Position numbers and translations under genes: made by a program. The notes under the pieces are model-generated. The model saw only the letters and a list, made by a program, of their open reading frames with translations. It was not told the DNA's origin and did no database searches. Of a stretch of DNA of 64,000 nucleotides, positions 1-11,313 are shown one piece after another. The stretch is from positions 1,488,001 to 1,552,000 of the forward strand of contig JBLDXI010000024.1 of the NCBI GenBank assembly GCA_047495785.1, given 5' to 3'. The DNA comes from Lepidodermella squamata. Its lineage: Eukaryota > Animalia > Gastrotricha. Numbering within the stretch: the first letter of the stretch is position 1; every line of letters begins with the position of its first letter.

Positions 1-1239
1 CATATGCGCGAAGTCATGACTCGGCTCAACTAGCCACGATAAATCGAAGAAAGGCTGGTTGCGATCAACGTATTTGCGAACAAATTGCTTAACGCTGTAA
101 TCCCACAACATTTGAAACTTCTTACGGCCTTGAAAGCACATGCTAGGCGATGCTGTTAGTTTGATGTTTTTCGACTCTAATATTTGTAATAATGGATTGA
201 TTAGCGAGTCGAGGCCCTTTTCCAAAGCTAGGAATAAAGTTCGGCCGTAGTGATCGGTTGGAATCTCGTCGAAACCTTTTCGTTGCCAGTGGAATGACCC
301 GATTCGAGGCATATCCTCAGCGTACATTGTGGCGTACCCGACTTCCTTAAATTGTTTCCAAATAAACGGATAGTCATTGAAAGTTTCGCCATTTGACCCA
401 TCATGAGGTAATTTCAGTTTTTCACCTAATATCAGGTCTCAAAATTTCAAAGATTCAAGTTGGAGACAAAAATTACCTGGAAGCAGCTCGACCCTTTTCC
501 CGGTTAAAACAGGCACCAAGTTCATGAAAGTATTTTCGCCGACTTTGTTGTAACCCTTGAAAATAAAACCGCCAAGCTGCTTGATCTTTGCAAAACTTTT
601 CGGCAGGGTGCGTTGAAAATTCAAAAGCGACACCGAATCAACTCCAATGAACAAAATATTCCAAGCATTGTTGATCACAGCAGATTTGTTAGGCTTTGGC
701 GGAATAACTCTCGAGAAAATGTCCGTATATATCAGGTCGTTACTCGCGGTAAAACAAGAAATTTCGATGAGCTCAGTATCTACAGGCCAATCCGTGAATG
801 GAAATCGATCGATTTTTTGCCGCTCAGTTCCGAAAGATACCGTGAAATCGTCATCTCGGTGAATTTTTCGATAGGAACAGCTTAAATTTCCCCTATTATG
901 CTTCAGGTAGATATCGCCACTCTCCGCATTTTGTTCCAATTCGATCTGATCACTAGCCGGCGGGCAGTTGAGTGGCGGAGGTGTTTTAATGTACTTCTGA
1001 ATACTCGGATCCCATGGGTTCAGCTCTGGTAAGTGGCACTGTCCCGAAGCGGCGCCGCTGATTTGTGGGTCGAAAATGGCGATTGTGTCGAAAAATAGGC
1101 TAAGAGTAACGGCGAGCGTAATGAAAGCGGCAAATTGCGGCAAATTAACCGTCTGATAGAAGCTGCCGTAGCGTTTGTTCATCGCAGCTATAGACGCCTT
1201 TTGCCATTTAATTACGAAAGAATCGGCTGATAATTTCAT
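1..1239 (-). CDS. DUF229-family protein (alkaline phosphatase/sulfatase superfamily, type II membrane), paralog A; 3' end runs off the window
   Basis: Exon 1239-477, GT-AG intron 476-426 (51 bp), exon 425-<1 continuing in frame (LPG|EKLKLPHDG...EPSHDF). N-terminal hydrophobic anchor, CHLPELNPWDP, IGVDSVS, GYNKVGENT motifs; collinear with paralogs B and C. Confidence 0.85.
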
Positions 1240-2866
1240 ATATAAAAAATAGCTTCACATCATTTGAAGTTTCTCTAAATTAAAACTGATTTTCAAAATT
1301 TTTAATAAATTCCTGCAATAATATCTCGCGAAAAATTGTCCTAAATTGGTGCACTTTCGGAAATGAGTATTTTTTCGCACCATTATGGCGCCATTTGATG
1401 GCTATTCAGGTCTCAATAAAGCCTATATTACACCTAGAACCTAGATGCGACGAAAAAGCATGGTTATATATAGACGTGGTGTGTTGTTTGAACTCGTCGT
1501 GGTTAGATATATTGCTACCGACTTGTATTTGCCCAACGCTTGTTGTGCTTCCGATCTGGAAGCGTGAAAAATATAATAATATCCCAGATATTTGCCATAC
1601 ATCTCACCACCGATATATAGGATAGCTAAACATCGCGATGCCAAATATCCAGTGGCTGAATTGTTTGATTCCGTCGATGGACTATTATTTGCGAATTTGC
1701 CCTTGAATTTGGTATACCGATAATAAAGTCCGAAAATAAGCTTCTAAATGTATAAGAGCCGATTTTATAAATTCTAGGAAATTTTGATCTCTTGCATGGG
1801 ACATTTTTTTATGATTCGCACTAATAAAACTTAATTTTTTTATGTCTAAAATTCTGCGAAGAAACCAGGTAAAAAACGGCTGGTTCTTACCGGACGGTTT
1901 AATTTAGGTTTACTAGGTCAGGTCACGGTTCAAGTTGGATTGGAAAAAGCTGCCTTTTTATGACCTCTGATTGTCCACTGCAGACTGGGCACTTTCCATT
2001 AGCCGATTTTCCGTAAAAAGGCCGAATTTTGGAGGTTTTAAAAGTTGAATTTCAATCAAATCGCAAAGCGCAACAAATCGAGCATTGCAATAAATAATGC
2101 AATGGTAAATTAATTGAAACTGCCCTATCGAAAATCAATCAACGAATATAAAATTATTCAAAGCTGATATTAAAATTTTGACGTATGGTCCTTATCCTAT
2201 TCTAAAACTCTGAGGACGGAAATTTATTATTGGCGTGATTCGGTTGCTAAGAAATTCTAAAGGACGCTCTATGTATAAGTGAATGGCTTATGGCAAAGTA
2301 TAACGAGCCGGTTGCATTTTTCCAATAAATAAACAACAGCTCGATTGCAGCCACAAGTAAATTTTTGTTAGAGAAGAAAATTATATGGGGGGTAGAATTT
2401 TTAAGATTATTTGCAGCAACTGTATAGACAATGTCTCTAGCTCTTTTAGTCATAAGGAATGTCTAAAGCAACAGTTTATGACCTGCACACTTTTATATTT
2501 CAAGGTGAAATTATTTTTACTCAGGCCTTCACTCATTTCAAATGCATTACGTGTTCTCGTGGCTTATAGCACCTGCGTTTTACATGAGGAACTAACTATC
2601 AAGCGCGTGAACTTCAATGTGTTCAAGTAGCCGCGACGCTGCTATTATATATTTCTACCATCTTATTATATGGAGGCAGCATATCATCTGACGTATTGTT
2701 ATTTGACAGTTGTTATATCAAACGCATACGGAAACTATTTGCTTGAGCTGAATGATGATTGCTGAAAAAACACGAGACTATTTGAAAAAATGACATTTTT
2801 ATTTGTGAAAAAATTGAGAATTTTCCGGAGACCAAATAACACAACAATAAGACATTCACAACAACT

Positions 2867-3400
2867 TTAGAAGACAATTAGATCGAGGACGAGCACCAGA
2901 GTAATGACTACAACAACTAGAAGCTCGGCGAGGCTCTGCTGTGCGTTCCGCATGGTATGGCCGTGATTACTGGCTACGTTATCTCCAGGCAGTACAGCAG
3001 TCGGAATTTCTTTATGCACCAAATCTGTAAGGTTGTAACCGGGCGAAAGGCGTAAATCCCGCATTGGGATGTCATTCTCGTTTTTACCAGTCTCGAAAGT
3101 ATTGCACCGGTCTAGATAGCAGCACTCGCATCGGCAAGCTTGGTATCCGCCTGACGGGCACAGGACGTTGAGTTGAGCAGCGCAGTAGACTTCGCATTGT
3201 GAGGTTGTAATGCAGGACTGGGTGTTTCGAAGAACGCGACTGCCAAACTGGCCATCGCGTTGGCTGATAACCTGCCGCATGCAGGCTGTACAATTGCTGC
3301 GGGTCGATGCCGCGTTGGAATCGGAGTTGTCGTAACAGATCAGCGCAGTTGCTGATGCGGCGACTAACAGGACTGAGATGACTTGGTAGACAGCATTCAT
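2867..3400 (-). CDS. Ly6/uPAR (three-finger)-like secreted protein, probably GPI-anchored, 177 aa
   Basis: Signal peptide, then LICY...CCYLDRCN (LU-domain start and end signature) with 12 Cys, a spacer and a hydrophobic C-terminal tail; single exon. Confidence 0.75.
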   Translation of the reverse strand: MNAVYQVISVLLVAASATALICYDNSDSNAASTRSNCTACMRQVISQRDGQFGSRVLRNTQSCITTSQCEVYCAAQLNVLCPSGGYQACRCECCYLDRCNTFETGKNENDIPMRDLRLSPGYNLTDLVHKEIPTAVLPGDNVASNHGHTMRNAQQSLAELLVVVVITLVLVLDLIVF

Positions 3401-3466
3401 GACTGACTGAGAGTGAGCAAGGATATTCGAACAATTGATGTAAAAAATGTGAATCGCAGTTTTGAC

Positions 3467-3497
3467 GAATGAGTCGACTGCGCTCGGCCTTATATAT
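3467..3497 (-). promoter_or_regulatory. Possible core promoter of the Ly6 gene (TATA + Inr-like)
   Basis: Minus-strand TATATAA starting at 3496 and TCATTC at 3472-3467, about 26 nt apart and about 70 nt upstream of the ATG. Confidence 0.3.
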
Positions 3498-3900
3498 GGC
3501 GCGGTGGTGATTCATCGCTAAGACCACGTAAGAAAAAATCGCTCTCGAGTTATTCATGTTGTACTGTACAGCTAAAACGCTAGGCTATTGTTTATACAGA
3601 AAAAACTGGTTGATATATTTATACTCGAGTCCTGCTTCTGATTTACGAGTGCTGCGTGATGTGCTCTTCGTATTTGCAAGTTGGGCGTTGGGCGTAGTAA
3701 AGAGGCCTTTTATTTGAATCAATATGAAGGCGCCCGTGTGAAAGCAAATAATGTAGGCAGGTTTGTGAATCATTGGTCAGCTTCGGAAACATTAGAAGAA
3801 TCATGATAGGAAAGTTGAAAATCCTCAACATAAAAAATTGAAAAAATCCACCTTAATAATGAACAATTTGTAATTTTTGAATTTTTGAAAAATTGAGCGA

Positions 3901-5561
3901 ATGATGCATCAAAGAAGCTGTTTCCTTATCTTCCTGATCGTAGGATCTCTCTTAGCGACAAATTATTGCCCAGTAGATGCGATACTACACGGCTTTCCAG
4001 GCAGTGTTGTTGACCAGCCATGGCTCGTCCAGATTGCCATAAAGCCGTTTTGCATGAATCGAACCATCATGGAACTGGCAACGGCTTGCAGCGGCTCCTA
4101 CCTTGAAAACCGGTTGGTATTGACCGCTGCCCATTGCCTCGTCGATTTCAGAGGCATGATTGACCAGTTCGTTGAAAGTCAGCAGAATAAAACCTTGGCG
4201 AAATGCTTCGAGAATCTGGCACGCTTCACCGTAGCTACAGACCCTAGCATCACCGAATTGCAAAAGCCAGTCATAGTCTACCCTGCTAGTTGGATTCACG
4301 TCTACATCGGGTGTAAGTATTCTCACTCCATTTGAATGGTTCTTTACTGATTTTTTGCTTTCAGATCCGCTAAATCACATTATTCATGAGCTTGCCGAGG
4401 CAGAGGGCAAGAAGATGGACGATTCAAAGGCGAAAATCAAGCCGGTTAAAATCAGAGCCGACGAAACTTTTATTCACGACAAATTCGTAGTCGGAAAGCA
4501 ATCGAAGCTGATGGTTAATGACATTGGCATTATTAGATTGCCGTTGGCGAGTGGTGAGAGCAGTACGCTGACGAAAAGTGAAGCCAACGATGAAACTCGT
4601 AACAGATTGAGCCAGGCGTATAGCAAACTCAAGGTGTCTAAGCCTACTGTGCAACCAAATTCCAAAATGGGAGGGCTAGACTATTCGGTTTCGGACAAAA
4701 CGCCGTGCTTGGTGATGGGCTGGCCGCAGTTGGCAGATGTCGAAAAGACTGCGCTCGTCTATTACAATGAAGCCGTTCAGTTTGTTTTGAACTACACAAA
4801 TGACATGGACCAATTGTTGGCGGACAAAAAGATGGAAGAATATATGCCAAAGCTGGGCGCAGCCGCGACTTTGCAGCAATTGGGCATGGAAAATTTGGAT
4901 CAGAACGAAAACTGCTTCATGCAACGAGCTCCGAAAGTGAAGGATGCAAACCTCGTGAAGAACAAGCACTATCTTTGCATGTTGAGCAAGCCCAGGCATT
5001 TCGCAAGTTTTTTGGATGTTGGCTCTGAGAAGCGGAGAGAATTTGATCTGGCAATTAGTCTTAATGAAGATAAGATTACGGTGCATGGCGGCCCATGTAA
5101 TGGTGACAGGTACCTCGCTAACTACTCAGTTTCGATGGCCTTATTATATGTTTTCATTTCTTAGCGGCGGGCCTCTGTTATGCGCTTATACCAGCAGATC
5201 AAAATCACCTAACCCAGACAGATTTCTGGTTGGATCAGTCTCCGTCGGTCCCACTGGCTGTAGCGCGACAAGGGAATTTCCAGCTGTGTTTGTGCGGATT
5301 GAAGAGTACAAGTCCTGGATCGTAGGCGTCAACTCTGGCAGCGTCAAACCGTCATCATCTATTGTTTTAGCCCGCAAAAAAGCTCGTGAGCTTGTGAAAA
5401 TGAAGAAAGCATCGCAACAAGAGAAGATAACGACCCGCAGGCCGAAGGCTCGACCGTATGAGGCTGATTCTGGAATGACTCCGCAGATCAGAACTTCGAT
5501 CCTTCTAATGCTTGCCGCTCTTAGCTTCGCTGCCTCAACCATTCTGTGCTGCATCGAATGA
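3901..5561 (+). CDS. S1 (chymotrypsin-fold) serine protease 1, predicted GPI-anchored
   Basis: Exons 3901-4312, 4365-5109, 5165-5561 (introns 52 and 55 bp). Triad TAAHC / NDIGIIRL / GDSGGP, with the Ser codon split AG|C by intron 2. Signal peptide and hydrophobic C-tail. Confidence 0.9.
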
Positions 5562-5830
5562 ACTTATTTCACGTCTATGTTACTTACTTGATTGGTCGAT
5601 AATGAAGTTCTTTGTTCAAATATTAGTGTGTTTTTTCTCAGCCAATAAAACATCTCATAAATCCTTGATTATAACTGCATTCCTTCATCCTTGATAATTT
5701 CACTGCACTCAGCTTATTTTTCTTACTGAAACAGCGTATCTCCAGAAAATGAACAAACAATAAATATGGAGGTAAAAAAATCTTCCTTAATTAGGCGTTT
5801 TCCGATTGTTCATGAAATGCTCAATTTCTG

Positions 5831-7385
5831 ATGCTTCTCAGAGCTTTGGTTACATGTTGTGCCTCGTTGGCACTAGTTTGGCTAACGGCCGAACGCTCAG
5901 TTTTTGCTATCAAATACGGTTTCGCGAGCAGCGTCTACAACAACACTTGGGTCGTTCAAGTCGTAGTGAAGCCAGTATGCAATAATAAAGTTGATCAAAA
6001 TCTAACTCGAGCGTGCAGCGGCATCTACATCAAAGATCGACTCGTGCTAACAGCTGGCCATTGCCTCCTGGACTTTAACCGCACATTCAATCGCCTTATC
6101 GACTACGAAAACTGCTATAGGAGGTTGAAGACTTTCAGCGAAAAGGACGACCCACGTCCAATCAAAATCTTCCCAGCACATTGGATTCATATCTACATCG
6201 GATGTGAGTGAATGACCGTGATTTTTAACTTACTTAATCCTACTTTGAATTTTAGACCCTCTCAACAACTTCATTCACCAAAAAGCTGACGAAGAAAATA
6301 TGCCTATCAACCTTACCGGAGCCCCAATCAAGCCTATCGTATCCCGAGCCGAAGCGACGTATCTGCATCCTAGCTTTGCAGTTGGGGTTCAGTCAAAGCT
6401 CATGGTTAACGACCTGGGTTTAATTCGTCTGCCTGACCCGGCTGTTATGATGAAAGACAAAGAGATTAACGAAGAAGCAAGAGCATCTCTTGAGGAGACA
6501 TACCAATCAGTGAAATTGCCGGAAATCAAGGTAACAAATCCGCTGAAAAACTTGGCTGGCGACGCTATGTCTTGCAAAATCATTGGATGGCCTCAACTCG
6601 CCGATATTGGGGTGAACGTCAGATTCTATTACGGGGATGCCGTAAAAACTGTCATCGAAGCGGGAAAGTCACAAAACCAGGAAGATTACGACAAAGCTAT
6701 TATTAAGGCAGCTCCAGGGATTGGTTCTTCGGCAACCCTACAAGAGCTTACCATGGTTGTTACGAAGAAAACTTGCTTTCTCAGAAATGCACCGAAGATT
6801 CGGAACGCCAGCTTATATGAAAGCGAACATTATCTTTGCATGGTCACTGCGGCTGAGAGGATGTTTCTTCGCGATGACAATTACAACACCTTTGAGGTGA
6901 ATGAGCAGTTCCATAAAGATATCACGGCAGGGAAAATATCTGTCATAGGCGGTCCGTGCAACGGCGACAGGTAATGCCTTTAAAACAGTGGGCACGACTA
7001 TTTAAATGTTTGCTTCTTTCTTTATAGTGGTGGGCCATTGGTTTGTTGGCAAGATAAGGATCATTCTACCGAGGTGCTTTATGGGGTCACTTCTTTCGGC
7101 TCGGCTGGTTGTAAGGCTGTTGATGATTCGCCGGCTGTTTTCGTACGCATTGAGACTTATCTCGAGTGGATCGAAAAAGTATTCACGGGGGCTGTAGAAG
7201 CGACCACGTCGATCAGAGATGCACGCATCGCAGCTGCCACTAGGCGTCAACGGGAGGAAAATAGGAGGAAAAACAGGCCAAGACCTTCACATCAGAACAG
7301 CAGCGCGTCAGCTTTGGAAATTATCCGAGTTACGCTATCGCCTGTACTCTTAGGCATGTTTGCCCACTTCGGACTAAATAACTGA
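5831..7385 (+). CDS. S1 serine protease 2, predicted GPI-anchored
   Basis: Exons 5831-6203, 6256-6970, 7028-7385 (introns 52 and 57 bp). TAGHC / NDLGLIRL / GDSGGP (Ser codon AG|T split). Confidence 0.9.
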
Positions 7386-7755
7386 TCGGATGGGAAATCC
7401 TGGAAAGATATCAGCGCTGAATGTTTCGAATTTCGTGGTTTTTCATTAGTTGTGATTATAATAAAAAAGCCATTTATCTCAAACATAGAAAATCCCGAAT
7501 GAAGATTGTTCTTAGGTAGGCTTTAGTGAATCCTTTACTCTGTAACTATGAACTCCTCTTTTTTGTTTACCTTGTGAGACCAGACACTAACGGGATCTTT
7601 CGCGTAGTAGTTTGTTAAGTTCTCAGAGAAAGCTGTAACGCAAAATCGGTTAATTTGAAAGTTAAAAGATCCATCTTAAAATTGCGCGAAACTTGTTCTT
7701 TTCCTTTTATTTCACATTCTAAGCAGTAACTTTATTTCAAATTTCTCACATTTCC

Positions 7756-9229
7756 ATGACTTCCGCCATCACGCAAGTCGTGTTGTTCACTCTGTTGACT
7801 TGGCTTGCCGTCCAGCAGCATGAAGTCTCAGCTATCAAGTACGGCTTCGCAGGCAGCGTAGCCAACTATCCATGGGTCGTGCAAGTTGTTATCAAACCGA
7901 TGTGCCAGGACAAAGTTGACAAGTCGCAAATCCGCGCCTGCAGTGGCTCGCTGATCGCCGATCGCCTTGTCATGACGGCCGCTCATTGCCTTGTCGATTT
8001 CAACAACACTCTCGACGTGTCACCATACTACAAACAATGCTATGCCAACTTGAAACGATTCGGCGTTCCAGGATCCGACGGCAGCGGCTCGATTTCAATC
8101 TTCCCGGCTCACTGGGTTCAAATCTACATCGGATGTAAGTCAGTTGAAGTTGGTTATTTGCTTAAATCTTTTCTGTTTTGCTTTAGATCCTTTGAACTAT
8201 CTGATCCATGACATGGCCGAAGCTCAAAACAAAGGCATGAATATGGACAATGCAACGATGAAGCCGGCGAAGACTCGAGCGGAAGAAACCTACCTGCACC
8301 CGAAGTTTGCGGTTGGCAAGATGTCAAAACTCATGATCAACGACATTGGACTCATCCGACTGCCCAACTTCCAAAGCATGAAGGGCAACAACGCGGAGGA
8401 AGCTGCGATGTTGCAGAAGCTGATCGCCGCGATGAGCATGGCCAAACCGACGATTACGGCCGGCGAGAAGATTGACGATAAAGTCGTTTGCTTGGCTATG
8501 GGCTGGCCGCAATTGCTTGACGTTCAGGACAACTCGCTGTTCTACTACCGCGAGACGCTAGAAGAGCTGGCGAAGAACGGTACGACGAAAGCGCAACGTC
8601 AGGAAACGCTGAAGAAGTTGATCCCTCAACTGGGTGCCAGCGCGACGCTTCAGGAACTTTCGATGGTCAACTACCCAGATGCTAAGTGCTTCATGGCCAA
8701 CACGCCGATTGTCAAGGAGATGGGGCTAGTTCGCGATACCCATTTCATGTGCATGACCAGTGAGGCGATGAAGATCTATAACTTTGCCGATGACGTTCCT
8801 GAGTCTGTTCAGTCCCGACTTACTGGCGAGGTCAAGTTCCGCGGCGGCCCCTGCAACGGCGACAGCGGCGGTCCTGTGGTCTGCAAGTTCGGCAAAACCC
8901 TCAAGTTGGCTGGCTCTGTTTCGTTCGGCCCTGCCTCCTGCTCGGCTACCAAGGAAGAACCGGCCGTTTTCGTTCGAACTGAGGCCTACAAGTCGTGGAT
9001 TGATGACGTGCTGTCTGGCAAAGTTCAACCGACTACGTCTCTTGAAATGGCACGGCAGGCACGTGCCCGTAAGGAAACCAGCGGTGGCAATAAGCAGCAG
9101 CCTGGTGGCGGTGGTGCTCAGAGGCAGCAAGCCGGTGGCAATAGCACTTCAACATCGGCCGCGTCTTTCGTCAAATTCAGTGTTACCACTATTGCTATCG
9201 CCCTTGTTGCGGTACCTTTCCACTTCTAA
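7756..9229 (+). CDS. S1 serine protease 3, predicted GPI-anchored
   Basis: Exons 7756-8134, 8187-9229 (intron 52 bp). TAAHC / NDIGLIRL / uninterrupted GDSGGP; Gly/Gln/Ser spacer then hydrophobic tail. Confidence 0.9.
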
Positions 9230-10041
9230 GGCCTTGAGTAAGGTCACAAGCCATTATAGCCACCGTTTACTGAGTTTTGTTTGCGAATAAACTGATGAAA
9301 TAATAAAGACCGGGGTCTTAAATCCATTACTGAAGGTTAACTCAGAGGAAAAGTTCAGCGTAAGCTTAAATAATTCTGAACTTTGTTTTAAACGCGGCTG
9401 AGATGATTCCTGGTAGTCCTGATATTGTTTGGCTATGAAAAAGTGTTTGGCCAACCTTGGGTAATTAGCGGCTAAAGCTTTGGGAAAACTACAGGTGTAC
9501 AATTATCTTGATTTGTTAGCCGCGTTAATTAATCAACTGGAGTCAGCATTCAGTTTTCAAGCCTGTCTCTGAAACTATTAAAATGCTGGTGTTTCTGTTA
9601 ATTTGTTGTGTCATGGCTTCGATTGGTGAATCAACTCCGCTGGCATCCGGCTGCATCCCGCCTGGTTCGAGCTGTTATCTCAATCATGACAGTTGCTGCT
9701 CGGGAAGGTTTTTATCTAAAATAAAATATAAGCCTTAAATTAAGTTGGAGTGCTTTGACAGTTTCTGCAGCTACGTTTCGGGCGAAACTTTCATTTGCAA
9801 ATCCATGAAACCGCCATTTGAATCGTGAGCCTTCACTATAAATAACCTTCGATAATATCCGACGAATTGTTTGACTTACGACTATTTCGCTGGCGCAGGT
9901 GGATTAAACCGCATGTGAAGCTTTACATCAGTTTATTGTTGAATCCGGTGGCTGGGAAAATCAAACATAAGCATTTACGTCATTGAAATAAAACCCAAGT
10001 TGGTGAAAAAATGTTTTAATGAAAATTTATTTTATTGAAAA

Positions 10042-11212
10042 ATGCTTTGCTTGGCTATTGTCTTTGCCTTATTCGGCGATTTCTGCTTCGGAAAGTCGGC
10101 CAATAAGTCTTTGCCTTACGTGCCAATCGACTACAATTTGAGGCAGCACATCAAAGCAACTTGCGGCATTACCTTAGAAGGCCGGCCTGTGGTTGATTTT
10201 TCGGAAAATATAACAGTCGAAGCTATGCTGATTCCTTACCGACTTAGAATTCTCCTCGAAAAAGAGCAACATTTCTCCTTTGTTGCTGAGCTAAATTTTT
10301 ATTGGCGCCATCCTTGCGCGGTGTGGAATTCCAGCGATTGGTCAGGCGTTAATGAGTTAATTTTCAACACAAGGGATCTGTGGTTTCCGAAAATTCGACA
10401 CATGAATGCAGATGGCGAAATGTCAATGGACCAGTATAGATTTTATTACTAATTTTTCTCTGAAATTTATTTAATTTTTTTTCAGATATTTCGAGCATGC
10501 TTTGACTAGAGTCTACAGCTCTGGTGTTATGGAGACCGAAATTATCGCAACTTTTGACAATTTTTGCCCGCTCTACTTCAAAAAATTCCCGTTCGATACG
10601 CAGGCGTGTACATTTTTCCTCGAGTCGCAAATGGGCGCTAATCGAGTTAATCTAACGCTATGGAACCGCGTTGGCCTAATTGATTGGCGATCTCCAGATT
10701 TCACAACGCCAAGTGAATTATGGTCCTGGAAGGGCGTTGAAGGCCGTGTTAGGGACAACTGGTACACTGGTGTCGAATTTATCTTCTTTTTCGAAAGGCG
10801 ATACGAATCTTACCTAATCAACATATTTTTCCCGGCGGTTTCGCTAATTATTGTCGTAATTTTATCTGGATTCATGCCGGCTCACTACCCAGATAGGCCG
10901 ATGTACTGCATCACTGTTCTTCTAGTCTTGACAGTTCAACAAACTCAAGTTTCAGATTCGATTCCTAAATCAAGTGAAACGGTTTACGTTGTTGTTTTCA
11001 TAAATACCCACGCGATTTTGAGTGTAATCGCAACGATTTATTCTTTGGTGGCTTGTCATATTAGCCATTTGGAAAGTTTTGCGACCCGCCGAGTTTATTT
11101 AGGCCGGTCAAAAATTTCTTTCATTGCCCTTATGGATCTCGCGTTTTACAGCCTACTTTTTATTGCTACTTTCGTCATCGATATCGCAATTTTGGGCTTG
11201 ATGCTCAGTTGA
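10042..11212 (+). CDS. Divergent pentameric Cys-loop ligand-gated ion channel subunit
   Basis: Exons 10042-10433, 10486-11212 (intron 52 bp; join MDQ|YFEHALTRVYSSG). Signal peptide, LWFPKI loop A, Cys-loop C-PLYFKKFPFDTQA-C, pre-M1 ERR, four hydrophobic helices. Confidence 0.88.
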
Positions 11213-11313
11213 AAAAAAAATCGAAAATCCCTCATAATAAAATAATTCTGAAATTTTAAGATGGATTTTTCAGAAAAAAACATAATTTTTATTTTTAAAA
11301 ATTCGGAAGACTT

